Source: Octopus bimaculoides
Taxonomy: Eukaryota
Assembly: GCF_001194135.2 (NCBI RefSeq)
Contig: NC_068982.1
Location: 186,706,865-186,770,864 of the forward strand
Length of the DNA: 64,000 nt
Direction of reading: 5' to 3'
Shown here: piece after piece, positions 1 through 12,494 of the stretch
Position numbering within the stretch: position 1 is the stretch's first letter
How the letters are laid out: each line of letters opens with the position of its first letter
Translations under genes and position numbers: made by a program
The notes under the pieces: generated by a model
The model's database searches: none
The model's input: the letters and a program-made list of their open reading frames with translations, nothing else
Told to the model about the DNA's origin: nothing

Positions 1-938
1 TATAATAGAAAGGTTTATTAGCTACTGCCAATATGCTTCAGCCATTTTTTGACAAGGAAATAATAATTTTATCACAGCCGCGAATCGTTTGTTTACGTAG
101 TCAGCACTTAATTTTTACGGCTGAATGGACGTCAGTCATTGGTTGAAATTACAGAAATACGACAACTTTAACATGAAATAACTTGCGATGTACGTTTTTT
201 TGTTAAGAAGACTAAGAGAAAAAGATGTTTTATATGACACATTCTACCAGTGTCCCAAGTTTCAAAGTGTTTCGTTAAGAAAATACTGGTGCCCCCGTTT
301 TGAACAAGATCCAAATACGTAAATACACGAGATAAGTAGAGGACAAAATACTGAAAGAAGTTAACTCCTCGTCAGTTGTCGACTGTTTTACTACTCCCTA
401 TTTCCTGCTTTCAACGACAAGACAGGAAAACTTCATAAGCCAGCAGCATCCAGAAATGTTAAAAGAATAAAATTTTCAGAGAGTTAGGGCTTCGAATGAA
501 CAAACAACAACAGATTGGACGTACAAGGTAAACAATCAACAAAGACAAACATATCTGTCTTCGTCGATTATTTACTTTGTCTATCTATCTATCTATCTAT
601 GCATGTGTGTGTACACATGCACACGTGTATAAGACATGTGTACATATGTTCACAGGTACACATGTATGTGCTCACCAAGCGTTTATACAGTACACACACA
701 TCTGTATAAAAATATAGGACATAGGATGTTGAATGGAAAGACCAAAAGGTCATGTGCAGTGTAGAAAAGAGGACAAACGAAACAGAGGCAGGTTTGTATC
801 CATGTCACATGAACACCCCCGCACACGAATGTACAAGTCTATTTACTTAGGGAGAGATTGTCCTGCAAAATGGTTAGTTTGATGGTGGTAGGAGAGACGT
901 GATGTATGTTAGTAGGTTGTGTCAGCTATGTCATATCT

Positions 939-986
<48 letters not shown>

Positions 987-1040
987 ATACATGCGTATAT
1001 TTATATACATACATACATACATACATATATATATATATAT

Positions 1041-1471
1041 NNNNNNNNNNNNNNNNNNNNNNNNNNNNNNNNNNNNNNNNNNNNNNNNNNNNNNNNNNNN
1101 NNNNNNNNNNNNNNNNNNNNNNNNNNNNNNNNNNNNNNNNNNNNNNNNNNNNNNNNNNNNNNNNNNNNNNNNNNNNNNNNNNNNNNNNNNNNNNNNNNNN
1201 NNNNNNNNNNNNNNNNNNNNNNNNNNNNNNNNNNNNNNNNNNNNNNNNNNNNNNNNNNNNNNNNNNNNNNNNNNNNNNNNNNNNNNNNNNNNNNNNNNNN
1301 NNNNNNNNNNNNNNNNNNNNNNNNNNNNNNNNNNNNNNNNNNNNNNNNNNNNNNNNNNNNNNNNNNNNNNNNNNNNNNNNNNNNNNNNNNNNNNNNNNNN
1401 NNNNNNNNNNNNNNNNNNNNNNNNNNNNNNNNNNNNNNNNNNNNNNNNNNNNNNNNNNNNNNNNNNNNNNN
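1041..1471. other. Assembly gap flanked by (AT)n/(CA)n. Other gaps at about 6195-6453, 9383-9529, 11924-12157, 21277-21610, plus several 10-11-nt gaps
   Basis: Runs of N; ORFs that span them are artefacts. Confidence 0.99.
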
Positions 1472-1508
<37 letters not shown>

Positions 1509-2267
1509 TAAATATATGCATGCATACACACACACACATATGTGTGTATATAACTTGAACTGAGGTTGTTGCTAGTTTCCTGGTGAAGCGGAAACGAGAA
1601 ACTCGAGTAGCGACTCATTTCGATTCAGCTTTCGTCTGTGTGTGTGTGTGTGTGTGTGTGCGTGTGTGCGTGCGTGCGTGTGTGCGCATGCGTGCATGCA
1701 TACATGTATATAAATTTGTGCATGTGTGTGAATATGTGTGTAACTTGGTTTATTTATCCACCATTTCTTTTAAAGAAACGGTGATCCTGACTAAGAAAGT
1801 AACGTAACCTGGAAAAGAATGTGTGTGGTATATGCTTGTCTTTATTACGTGCAAACATATACCATACTCACGTGCGTGATGTGTGGGGGTGGGGAGGCAT
1901 GCACACGCTATTATTTATAAATTCAAGTGCTCCGAGATCCACTGTTTCAAACGGAAAATTATTTCATATTCTCTCAAAATCTATAAATTCTTGAGAAAAC
2001 GTAAAGTAATTTATGCGGGTGGAACAGTGGATCCCAAAGCAAATAAAGCTATAAATAGTAGCGCGCACATATCAATATGGAATACATATCGATATAGAAT
2101 ATATAGATGAGATATGTAACAAGCATCCTTCCGCTATACCTTTTCAATTTTTGACATTTTTGCCAATATTCTCTTTTCTTTTAACATTTTTTTCTCATAA
2201 ATGGAGATTACCACTATGTGTAACAATTTCACAAACATTTTTTTCAAATTACTTCAAGCAGTGTAAA

Positions 2268-2450
2268 TCTAACCCTAAGCGCTATACATTAACCCGAAAC
2301 CCTAAATCTAAGTCCTAACCTTAATCCCACTCTTAAACGCTAACCCTATAACAGTGACCCTAACCCCTGACCTAAATATTAACCCTAAAATCCTAACCTA
2401 ACCTTAACCCTGACTCTAACACTAACACCCAAACTCTGATCTTAACTACA
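2268..2450 (+). repeat. Degenerate (CCCTAA)n telomere-like tract
   Basis: Repeated AACCCTAA/CCTAACC variants over about 180 bp. Confidence 0.65.
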
Positions 2451-3365
2451 AACTAAATTTTTCTTGTAAGGTTGTAGTTTGCTATGTTTAATACATAAAA
2501 AAATTTTTTAATGGTTTCAAATTTGAGCACAAGGCCAGTAACTGTAACAAAGCGGGTAGGATGAAAAGCAATGTCGACTGCAGCAGAATTTGAACCCAGA
2601 ACGTAAAGACAGACGAAATACTGTGAAGCATTTTGGGAATAATGTCAAAAGCGGAAAGGTTACGGCTGCTTGTGGGGAAGGAAACGAAATGAGGACTGGT
2701 AACAGACAGAAAAAAAAAAACGAATAAAAATATTAAAAAAAGATAGGAGAGTATTGTAGTTCGCTTGAAGCATTGTGTATTGTTTGTAAAGAATAAAAAG
2801 TTTTGAATGGTACACCAATGCCCTATAATACAAAAAAATTGGACTATATACCTGTTGTAATTTGGTTATCCATAGTCCGATGATATTTCGGAATAGAATT
2901 CCTTCTTTAGATATTCTTAGCTGGAGTCGCTGCAATAAACTGTTTTCCAATGGCTTTTCTTTTTCCGGAAGCGTCTCAGTAGTGATCTCATGAAGCTCCT
3001 TCCGGAATTCCACATGAGAAGTGCGTGAGGTCGGCTATGTCTCAATCTTCTAAGGAAGGAAAATAAAATACTGAACAGTAGAGCATCCTGCATGATATTG
3101 TCGTTATTGAAATTGGAACCTAAAATGGCAAGCTGGTAGAATTGATAACACATCGGACAGTTCACTATTGGACATTTCTTTGGCCTCTTAATGTACTAAG
3201 TTAAAATTATGCCAAAAGAAAAGTACTAGTCGACAAAATAAAGTACCAGAAGAGCACAGGAAGTGATGCGATCGCCGAACAATCCCATTTTGAAATTTCA
3301 GTCCTTCAGCCAAACTTTGAAGCAATTTGAATCCAGCAAATATTCTAACTAAATTCTTAATTAAT

Positions 3366-3570
3366 CCTTTCTACTATAGGCACTAGACTTGAAATTGGGT
3401 CAAGTCGATTACATCAACTCTAGTACGTAACTGGTACTTAATTTATCGACCTCGAAAGGATGAAAGGCAAAGTCGACTTCAGCGGGATTTGAACTCAGAA
3501 AGTAAAGACAGACGAAGTACCGCTAAGCATTTCGCCCGACGTGCGAACGATTCTGCCAGTTCGCCGCCTT
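3366..3570 (-). mobile_element. tRNA-derived SINE family A with 16-bp TSD. Other copies at about 7320-7510(-), 29985-30200(+), 33905-34130(-), 51943-52175(-), 58258-58475(+), 61585-61810(+), 61835-62055(+)
   Basis: TSD TAAATTCTTAATTAAT at 3350-65 and 3571-86. Head AAGGCGGCGAGCTGGCAGAATCG (A-box-like) and GAGTTCAAATTCC (B box). The 52-kb copy has TSD TGATTAATATTCC. Confidence 0.9.
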
Positions 3571-6500
3571 TAAATTCTTAATTAATGCCAGCAAAATATA
3601 CTCTTCCCCACCTCCAATTTTGTTTCTTCATAACTTAAGAAAAATGGATATTCTTAGATGAATTTTTTTTTTTTTTTTTGCAAATATGCATGCTTCTGAT
3701 GGTGTAGATTCCGATTATATCAGAATTGGTTATGAAAAAAAAATTCCGTGGATGGGTAGTGGAATTTCAGAAAATTCACACGTCTTGGCTTTGTTTCCTC
3801 ATAAATTTCAGAAAAATTTCATATCTTTCAGAATGTGTAGATTACGATTATGTCGGAATTTAATATGAAAAAAAAAAATAAATAAAATAATTGGTAGACT
3901 CGCACACATACATACTGACACACGCCACACATATATCTACATGAAATTTCACACAAAAATGGTCATGTGTGTCAGTTTGTATGTGTGCGCGCTCACCGTT
4001 TTCCTTTCCACATCAAATTTCGATATAATCGTAATTTATACACGCTGAAAGATTTCATTAAAACATTTAGAACGTTTCATTAAAAAATACCTTTTTTTTT
4101 CCTGAAAGTTATGAGGAACCAAACCCGAATCGTGCGAATTTTCTGAAATCCCTCTCCCCACCCTTAGATTTTTTTCACAACAACTTCCAATATAAATAGA
4201 ATCTACAGCATCTGGAGTGCATTGGTAAAAAATTTCATTGAAAAATAGCCATTTTTCTGGAAGTTATGAGGAAACAAAGTCGAGAGGTGGGGTGTATAAG
4301 TATGCTGTTTTAACTATCCAAGTGTATCAAATATAAATAAAAGAGAGCTAGAATATTAACAACGCATAACTAATTGTAATTACTTCTCAATAAAATTATG
4401 GCCTCCTTCATCGCATTTGGTTTTTATCACGGTTGTTGTAAGGATATAAAATCTTAGTGAAGACCTAAATCGTTGCTGATGGATATCGATAAAAAGTACT
4501 AAAAGAGATGTCACGGGAACCTGTCATTACGAACACGTTTTACCAGCAAGGACTCTCTTTTGCAGGTCATTGAGTTCATATATTTTTAGACCTTGTGACA
4601 CAGCGAACATTAAAATAAATAGACCGTGAAATATTTTCAGTTTTGGGTCTGGAAAATACTTCTTTTTGACAGAGAAAATATGTCAACTATCCTGAGCCCC
4701 TGAACAAGAAGACAGTTCAATATGTTTTATTATTTTTTAAAATCAAATATAAACAAACATAATTAGATGATTAGGTAAATGTTTACCGATTAATTGTTTG
4801 AAAGTTTTTGGACAGAAGAAAAGAACGAAAATAAAATGTATGTCTATCTGTCCGTCTAACAAGCTGTCTCTCTGTTTGTCTATCTACCTGTCTGCCTGTC
4901 TATCTATCTATCTATCTATCTATCCATGTCTATCTATCTATCCATTTCTATCTATCTACCTGTCTNNNNNNNNNNTCTGGCTGGCTGTCTATTTGTGTGT
5001 GCGTGTGCGTGTGTGCGTGCGTGTGTGTGCACACGCGTGCGCGCGCGGTTGCGTATGTGTCTGTCTATCTATCTATCTAGCTATCTATGTCTGTCTGTCC
5101 ATCTATCTGTGTATGTCTGTCTGTCCATTTATCTGTGTGAGTGTGTGTGTGTGTGTGTCTGACATCGTTCACTAATACCGAAAGAGTGCCTTTAAGTGTG
5201 TGTGCGTGTGTGTAATTTTAAATTTTATGATAATTTCGTAGCTCCGAATGCTTTTGCAATAAACTGTGTTTATTCTGAATAAATCACGGGTTAGATTAAA
5301 ATATAAACATTTTTGAATAAACACTGTTTCTTTATCCCTAAGTACATCGTTTTGAAAAACAGTTGGTAAACCACAAGTTTGTTTCTTTAAAATCAGCCAA
5401 GGTATCCAATCTATTGAGTTGAACTACAAGCTTCATTATGAGAAATTGGAAGCGGAGGAAAGAGATGAGATAGGAAAACCAGAAGTATACTAACAATATC
5501 AGTTTTGAGCAAAACTGATATAAATAGAAAACAATATAGCTACCACGCAGACAGGAAGGAAGGGACCGAAAATAGATGTTACGAGGTAAGCGCAGTGAGA
5601 AGGTACTTAAGGTAGATCGCTTAATTATAAGGAAACACGGCTTACTTTGGACGTTGAGTACACAGGCGGAAAAGATAAGGATAGCCATTGAGGATGAAAT
5701 AATGGGGAAGATAAAAAACAAGAGAGAAAATCAAAGCAGAACGAAAAAGATTAATGAAAAAGTAAAAAAAGAAAGAAAAATTGTAGCAATTGTTTGAAAT
5801 CATTGGGTTTACCGCAGAAACGGAAAACCAGATTTTTGCATCACAAAATCGGGGTTTGACTGCATGGAAAAATTAAAATAAAGCCAATGTAGATTGTGTA
5901 TTTAAATGTGGAGTAACATTATTTATGTAATCAGGTAGTGTGTATGAGGGGGGTGAAGTTTGTAAGTATACTCTTTTATTCTTTTACTTGTTTCAGTCAT
6001 TTGACTGCGGCCATGCTGGAGCACCGCCTTTAGTCGAGCAAATTGACCCCAGGACTTGACAACCGATGCTGGTGTGTTTACGTCCCCGTAACTTAGCGGT
6101 TCGGCAAAAGAGACCAATATAATAAGTACTAGGCTTACAAAGATAAACACACACACATATATATACAAACATATATACGACAGGCTTCTTTCAGNNNNNN
6201 NNNNNNNNNNNNNNNNNNNNNNNNNNNNNNNNNNNNNNNNNNNNNNNNNNNNNNNNNNNNNNNNNNNNNNNNNNNNNNNNNNNNNNNNNNNNNNNNNNNN
6301 NNNNNNNNNNNNNNNNNNNNNNNNNNNNNNNNNNNNNNNNNNNNNNNNNNNNNNNNNNNNNNNNNNNNNNNNNNNNNNNNNNNNNNNNNNNNNNNNNNNN
6401 NNNNNNNNNNNNNNNNNNNNNNNNNNNNNNNNNNNNNNNNNNNNNNNNNNNNNTGTGTATTCGCCTAAAGAATCTCAGATAGAATCTTTTGAATGTCTAA

Positions 6501-7799
6501 AAAAACCTTCAGAGTCCGCGTCAGTTTCTTTTTTGCTCAGTCTTCGAAAAAAACCTAGTATTTCTTTTTCTTTCCTTTTTTTTTTTCGTTAATTTGTTGG
6601 TTCGTAGCCTGATGCACATATGATGACAGCTATGTATGTATGTATGTATGTATGTATGTATGAAGAAGAGTCAGATTCAAAGAATACAGCTGAATCCACG
6701 GTACGCACTCCAGACAAGGACCTGGTTGTCCGGTGACAAAGATAATTAAATTCCGAAGTAATTTAACAGGAGAATGCAACCGAGAATCTGGAACATACAA
6801 ACAGTAATATTTCCGTTGTGGAGCATATAATAAACAAAAAATGTAAGGGCTGAAGAATTTTCATATTTCCATAGAGGTTACAGCCGTTTCATAATTTATT
6901 CTGAATTACATAATCAGCTTCAATGAATATATGTATACACACACATACATACATACGTACGTACGTACATATGTATGTATACAACAGACACACGCACGCG
7001 TACACACACATACATAGGTGTGTGCGCGCGTATACACATATACACAGTACACTCATATAGTCACACATTGATGTACAGAAGAGAGAAAATTTATCTTCAG
7101 GCCACGTTCCAGAGATATTCTTTAGGCTTTTAAATGTACAAACGAAATTCATATGTTTATATATGATGCAGTGTAGTATAAAGATGGAAGAATGTTAGCT
7201 GCCCAAACGGTAACCAATAAAAACAAACCAAACAACGGTTGATGTCAAGTATAGACCCGTCCTAAATAGTAAATAACAATTATATAGGAAAATAGAAAAG
7301 TACGGGGAAGTTACGTTCCAACAATAGGGGGGAGGGAGTGGCCAGTTGATTAGATTGACCCCAGTACACAACTGATACTTAATTTATCGACCCTGAAGGG
7401 ATGAAAAGCAAAGTCGACCTCGGCGGAATTTGAACTCAGAACGCAAAGACAGACGAAATACTGCTAAGCATTTCGCCCAGCGTGCTAACGTTTCTGCCAG
7501 CTTGTCACCTCAAAAGATTGCATTAGTTATTTTGACAGAGATCGCAGTAGTATGTTATTCCCCGTGTGTAATTGTCGCTGTTTTTGTAAAAGGACCGACA
7601 CAGATAATATTGTGTGCAGTAAACAAATCTGTTTTTTGATTATGAGTGTTGTTACTTCTAGATGCAGCCCAAGAAACACATCTTCATTCATCAGTAAAGC
7701 CCTAGTCGTGACAATAGATACTGCATGCTGTTGGAATATATGCAGTTTCTTACAAAAGGGGATATTTTACAACCAGTTGGTCAGCTCGGGCACGTAATT

Positions 7800-7990
7800 G
7801 AAACATGTCAAGGCAAGCTACTCCAGACTGATGAAGAGCAACGACTCTGAAACTAGTCTCTGGATGCTGGCTTTGCTGGGTGGAGGTGCTTATCTCTCCT
7901 GTTTGAAAACTTAAGCACACAGAATGCTTGTGTCACATAGCCAACTGGAAACGATGTTTCCTGGGGCTAGATAGCAGTAGCATAAAGGCA
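7800..7990 (+). mobile_element. Hammerhead-bearing dispersed repeat, probably a Penelope-like element terminal repeat or non-autonomous derivative
   Basis: Sequence 7875-7983, directly after the ribozyme, aligns with 17050-17154. Minimal hammerheads are characteristic of PLE pseudo-LTRs. Boundaries are approximate; no RT or GIY-YIG ORF was recognised. Confidence 0.55.
7822..7864 (+). ncRNA. Minimal type I hammerhead ribozyme (Penelope-like/retrozyme type)
   Basis: Stem I TCCAGA (7822-27)/TCTGGA (7859-64); core CTGATGA (7828-34); stem II AGAG-caacga-CTCT (7835-48); GAAA (7849-52); palindromic mini stem III ACTAGT; GTC cleavage triplet at 7856-58. Confidence 0.85.
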
Positions 7991-8445
7991 GTTGTGATGG
8001 GTCATCCAACTGGAATATAATCATGGAATATTCATAGCGACAAAATCTGTCTTCTATCTGCCGATGGCTGGTGGTGAATGAGAATGGAGACATCCAGCGG
8101 CTGTCTCAGCATTCTAGGATTACCGCCAAATGTCACCTTTATTTAGGGCTCAGTGAGAAAGTTCAAGAAAGTAGGATCACGCGATGGGTTGATGCTGATT
8201 GGTCACTTAATTTGCTGATCAAGTGAAACTACTGTGTCTTGGTCGTGATGTCTACTCAGCTACCTAGCGACTCATTTTCGAATCTGCTACACTATCAATA
8301 GGAAAACTGATCAGTCCTATTGTTCTCAGCAGAAATATGTCCTGATAATGAAATTTACAATATTGGCCAATGATAAGCCAAAAGTACCTAGATGTGGAGC
8401 AGTAACGGGAAAAACTGCGGCCCGTGGGACTTTTCGAATGGTGCA

Positions 8446-8478
<33 letters not shown>

Positions 8479-8541
8479 CAGTAGTAGTAGTAGTAGTAGC
8501 AGTAGTAGTAGTAGTAGCAGCAGCAGTAGTTGTTGTTGTAG
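8446..8541. repeat. (TAG/CAG)n trinucleotide microsatellite
   Basis: Direct reading; explains the poly-S/V/L/Y ORFs at 8326-8762. Confidence 0.97.
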
Positions 8542-9729
8542 CATGGTGGCACGTGCGTCATTGCATCCACCGTTTGTTGTTGATCTACTCCTGGTGGATG
8601 GTGCCTCTTCACCACTCAGGTGACAACTCTCCAACCCATGGGCCTGCTTGGGTAGCCATTGCTGGTGAGGATTTTTGCGAGGTCGGAGTGCAAGTCCTAC
8701 CTCAACCTCATTTAGTCATCTCTTACGACAGACAGAAGAAATGTTGGGTTCTGTTTCTTTGACATGACGGTCTACAACACGCATCCCGGCCCGGGAATCG
8801 CACCCACGATCTGGTGGTCATGAGTGCAACACCCTAATCAGTAGGCCACGCATCTTTACCCGGCAGAACTAAAGAAAAATTACTTTGAATTTGTTTTTTA
8901 GTAGAGCGGCCCGCCTGATGATGCTTGTTTCATGCAGACCGCTTCCATCATCATGTCCTTTTTTTTCTCAATATGAGTTACTTCTCTCTCTAAAACAATT
9001 TTCGTTTCATTAAAATTAGATGGCGGTGAAGTATTTGAAATATACAGGCGTGGGTTCCGTGATCTTTGGAAATCCTGTAATGGATTTCTGTGCCAAAATA
9101 CGTTTGGGAAGTGCTGCCTTAGAGTTCTTAAACACACCACTACAAATAGTCTTAAGCCTGTCCCATGTCTCCAGGCACTGGACGCATTATTTGTGATTTA
9201 CCTAAGTTCTTTTTAATGGAGTTCAAGCCAGTCACTAACAGTGACGAAACTTTTTGAGTTAAAACACTTTCTGGAGTTTATAAATATGTGGGTGGGTTAA
9301 TGTGTGCATATGTGTAGGCGAAATCGATAAAAAAGAATACAATGGATTTGCCGTGAGGAGTAGAACATTCACCGTTTCGGACNNNNNNNNNNNNNNNNNN
9401 NNNNNNNNNNNNNNNNNNNNNNNNNNNNNNNNNNNNNNNNNNNNNNNNNNNNNNNNNNNNNNNNNNNNNNNNNNNNNNNNNNNNNNNNNNNNNNNNNNNN
9501 NNNNNNNNNNNNNNNNNNNNNNNNNNNNNGAACAGCGTGAGTTTCTAGGTGTATGCACGTTCTTATGTTCTGTGTAAACATATCTCTTTAGTACTTATGT
9601 GCGCGCGTGTGTATGATTATATTTTATATGAGTCTTTGTCAATGCACACAACGAAGTGTGTGCATATAATCATTTAAAGACTCTCAAATGAACAATCCTT
9701 GGAATGTATGTATAGTTAACAGCGTAAAT

Positions 9730-10900
9730 AGGCCTGTCACGTGACTACAGGCTCATTAGTCAGGAACTTACGTAGGTTTCCCTGGCGTGTAAACTACAGT
9801 GAGTCCAATATTTTCCCTTACACACACGTGTAAGAACGACCGTGCGAACCCAAAAGGAGAAATGGTGACGAATGGAAAAACAGGGCTCCTTTCTTAAACG
9901 CGTCACACGGTCGAACACAAAAATATATCAAATGATATAAATATGTTATACTTCGATAACATAGTGAATTCGTAAATGGCCAGTAAGGAAGACGATAGAA
10001 CACAACCGATAAAGATGAATAACTGTAATATTTATTGTAACATTAAAATGTATATCTGTGTGTGTGTGAATGCGACATAATAAAAACACAATAAAAGACA
10101 GGCCGTCGTGTAAAGAAAAGAGTGTGTGTAAGTGATACATGTATGTGTATGCGTGAGATACAGCAGCTAGAAAAAGAGTCAGTAACACATATAAGAATTT
10201 GCCAGTTCTTAGAGTACACAATAATAAGTCTGTATGTAAGAAGTTGAGGCGTGTGGGTCAGAGCGATCACTCGTTGTGATGTTAGGGCTTCCATGCCGAG
10301 CCGGGTTCTTGTATACAGATGTTCGTCGCAGGCTAGGTTCTTGTCTGTTGTCTATCGTGGCGAAGGTGAATCGCACAAACAGAGTTAGAAGTTCTACGGT
10401 AGTTTGGTTAGCTTGTGTACGTAGAAGTCATGTTGACGATGTTGGCGAGGACAATGCTGGTAGTCGTAGTGTCATGTTGACTGGCGGCGGCGATGCTGGT
10501 AGTAGTCGTAGAGTCATGTTGCTGCTGGTAGTCGTAGTTGTACGAAGCTGTGCTTGTTGTCGCTGGCTGCTGCTGCTGTGTGGTACACGGAACAGGTCTC
10601 TAAGAGATCTGAACCGAGACGAATTTGCCGGGTATAATTTAGTCTATTTAAAGCAAAATAGGGGCTCCAGAGAGCATCTGAAAAACACTCCATCACGTGA
10701 CCTTATTAGGGGCCACGGTTGGTCAGTTTGCGTTCTGGCGGGAACGGTACGAGGCAGTTGCCGCTTCAAATAATAATCAGTCAGGTGATGACAAGGAAAG
10801 AGATGTTTTCTACTACGCCCGCACTTGTTTATATTTATAACAGCGGGGAAGATGGCTTCTTTGTATATAATGGCGATCGAGGTGTTAGTTTCACTACACA
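9730..10900 (-). promoter_or_regulatory. Orphan CpG-rich promoter plus candidate non-coding first exon (about 10620 to 9772)
   Basis: GTCACGTGAT (10692-10701) overlapping a CArG box CCTTATTAGG (10701-10710), E2F-like TGGCGGGAA (10736-44), TATA-like TTTAAATA near 10650 on the minus strand, GTAAGT donor at 9771-9766, and a second GTCACGTGAC at 9736-45. No transcript evidence. Confidence 0.45.
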
Positions 10901-12159
10901 CATACTTAATTGGATGTCAGTCCGTAGTAAAATAAATGCTTAACAGTTGCGGATACTCATTTTGAGCTGTGTTGACTGGAATGTGAAATGAAGTGTTTTG
11001 CTCTAAAATACAACGTGCCGCCCGATCTGAGAATCGAAACCACGAATTTACAATCATCACACCGACACCTAACCATTAGGTCACTGTTAACAGCAGGACT
11101 ATGGACTCTGTGTTTATTGACTTGCAATACTATGCATAGCCATGAGTTGTGTCCCTTGTTCTTCTTGGGCCAAGCCCGAAATTTGAGTTTCTGGCCTGGG
11201 AATGTAGCAGTTTAAACATTTTGATGTGAGGGAAGATCTTCCCGTTGTAGAAATACTTGTCCAGCAACAGTAGCACACATCTTACGAATTGAAGAGGAAG
11301 CCTTTATGCTGTCACACATACTACAAGAAATAGCAGTCAAATCTTCCTCAAGTCACACTCTACAGTTTTTAAAGTGGAAGAACACATTGGAAACTGCAGT
11401 TCTGGCAGTGTTCAGTCTGGTAATATAAACCGACGGAATGGTGACAACTTGGAACATCTTTGATCATAAGTTTGCCTAAACAGGCATTACTTGTTAGAAC
11501 TCAACAAAAACGAAAGGTTAAGACTGAATATTTTAAAAGCCTATCTTCAGATTTGACGGAATCGCTGGAGTGCCAGATAGAATGCCTGGTTGTATATTAT
11601 CTGACCTTTTCATGCTGTCAGTTCGAATCCGGCCTAGGTCTCCTTTGCGTTTCATCTTTCCGGAGTCAAGTGAGTGGATTTGGTCAATGGAAACTGAAAG
11701 AGGCCCTTGTATGTATGTGTATATGTGTGTGCTTGTGTGTGTGTGTGTGTGTGTGCAGGTGTGGTAAGAAGTTTGCTCGTCAATCACATGATTCCAGGTT
11801 CAGTCTCACAATGTGGCACTTTAGGCAAATGTCTTCCGCTATAGCCTCAGGTTGACCAAAGTCTTGTGAGTGAATTTGGTAGGTGGAAACTGAAAGAAGG
11901 TCATATATATATATCATCATCATNNNNNNNNNNNNNNNNNNNNNNNNNNNNNNNNNNNNNNNNNNNNNNNNNNNNNNNNNNNNNNNNNNNNNNNNNNNNN
12001 NNNNNNNNNNNNNNNNNNNNNNNNNNNNNNNNNNNNNNNNNNNNNNNNNNNNNNNNNNNNNNNNNNNNNNNNNNNNNNNNNNNNNNNNNNNNNNNNNNNN
12101 NNNNNNNNNNNNNNNNNNNNNNNNNNNNNNNNNNNNNNNNNNNNNNNNNNNNNNNNNGT

Positions 12160-12243
12160 TAGTTAGCCATTGTTTTATTATGTGGAGGTTATGTAATGAG
12201 TCATAATTACATAACCTCCACATAATAAAACAATGGCTAACTA
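12160..12243. repeat. Perfect 38-bp inverted repeat with 8-nt spacer
   Basis: 12160-12197 is exactly complementary to 12206-12243; immediately adjacent to an N gap. Confidence 0.9.
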
Positions 12244-12458
12244 GCCCAACAGAATTGCTTCTTGTATTTGATTCTCCATTCTCCACATAAATATAATCAT
12301 AAACAACGGTTTAAACAGTAAATTACCTGCCTCTGGATGCCCTCTAACCAAGACGGTACCCGCACAGGTGATTCCCAGGAGTGCCTCCGGATTTAAACAT
12401 CCCTTGGTTGCTTGGATGCTTCAGACTACCCATGAAGGATTGAGGCAAGCCTATCATT

Positions 12459-12492
<34 letters not shown>

Positions 12493-12494
<2 letters not shown>

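Noticed and set aside
515-1807. ORFs rich in Y/I/C/V and X
   Set aside because: Translations of (AT)n/(GT)n microsatellites and N gaps; the same applies to the ORFs at 4798-5175, 9259-9581, 11780-12286 and 21258-21666.
2660-3165. Overlapping minus-strand ORFs (VEFRKELHEITTETLPEKEKPLENSLLQ...) with plausible splice sites
   Set aside because: An in-frame TAG follows the best acceptor, I recognise no family, and no partner exons were found. Possibly a decayed transposon; a BLASTX would decide.
3366-3570. A/B-box sequences as tRNA genes
   Set aside because: They are SINE heads without a complete cloverleaf, flanked by TSDs and present in many copies.
5576-5797. 73-aa basic ORF
   Set aside because: Loosely resembles the C-terminus of an RTE-type LINE; non-ATG start; not supportable as a gene.
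8215-8256. CTGATCA...GAAAC...GTC, a possible second hammerhead
   Set aside because: Core G8 is altered, there is no stem II, and no stem I pairing.
8326-8762. Poly-L/S/Y/V ORFs
   Set aside because: Products of the (TAG)n microsatellite.
10276-10773. 165-aa plus-strand ORF
   Set aside because: Antisense reading of a low-complexity CpG-rich leader; TTG/GTG-type start; no recognisable domain.
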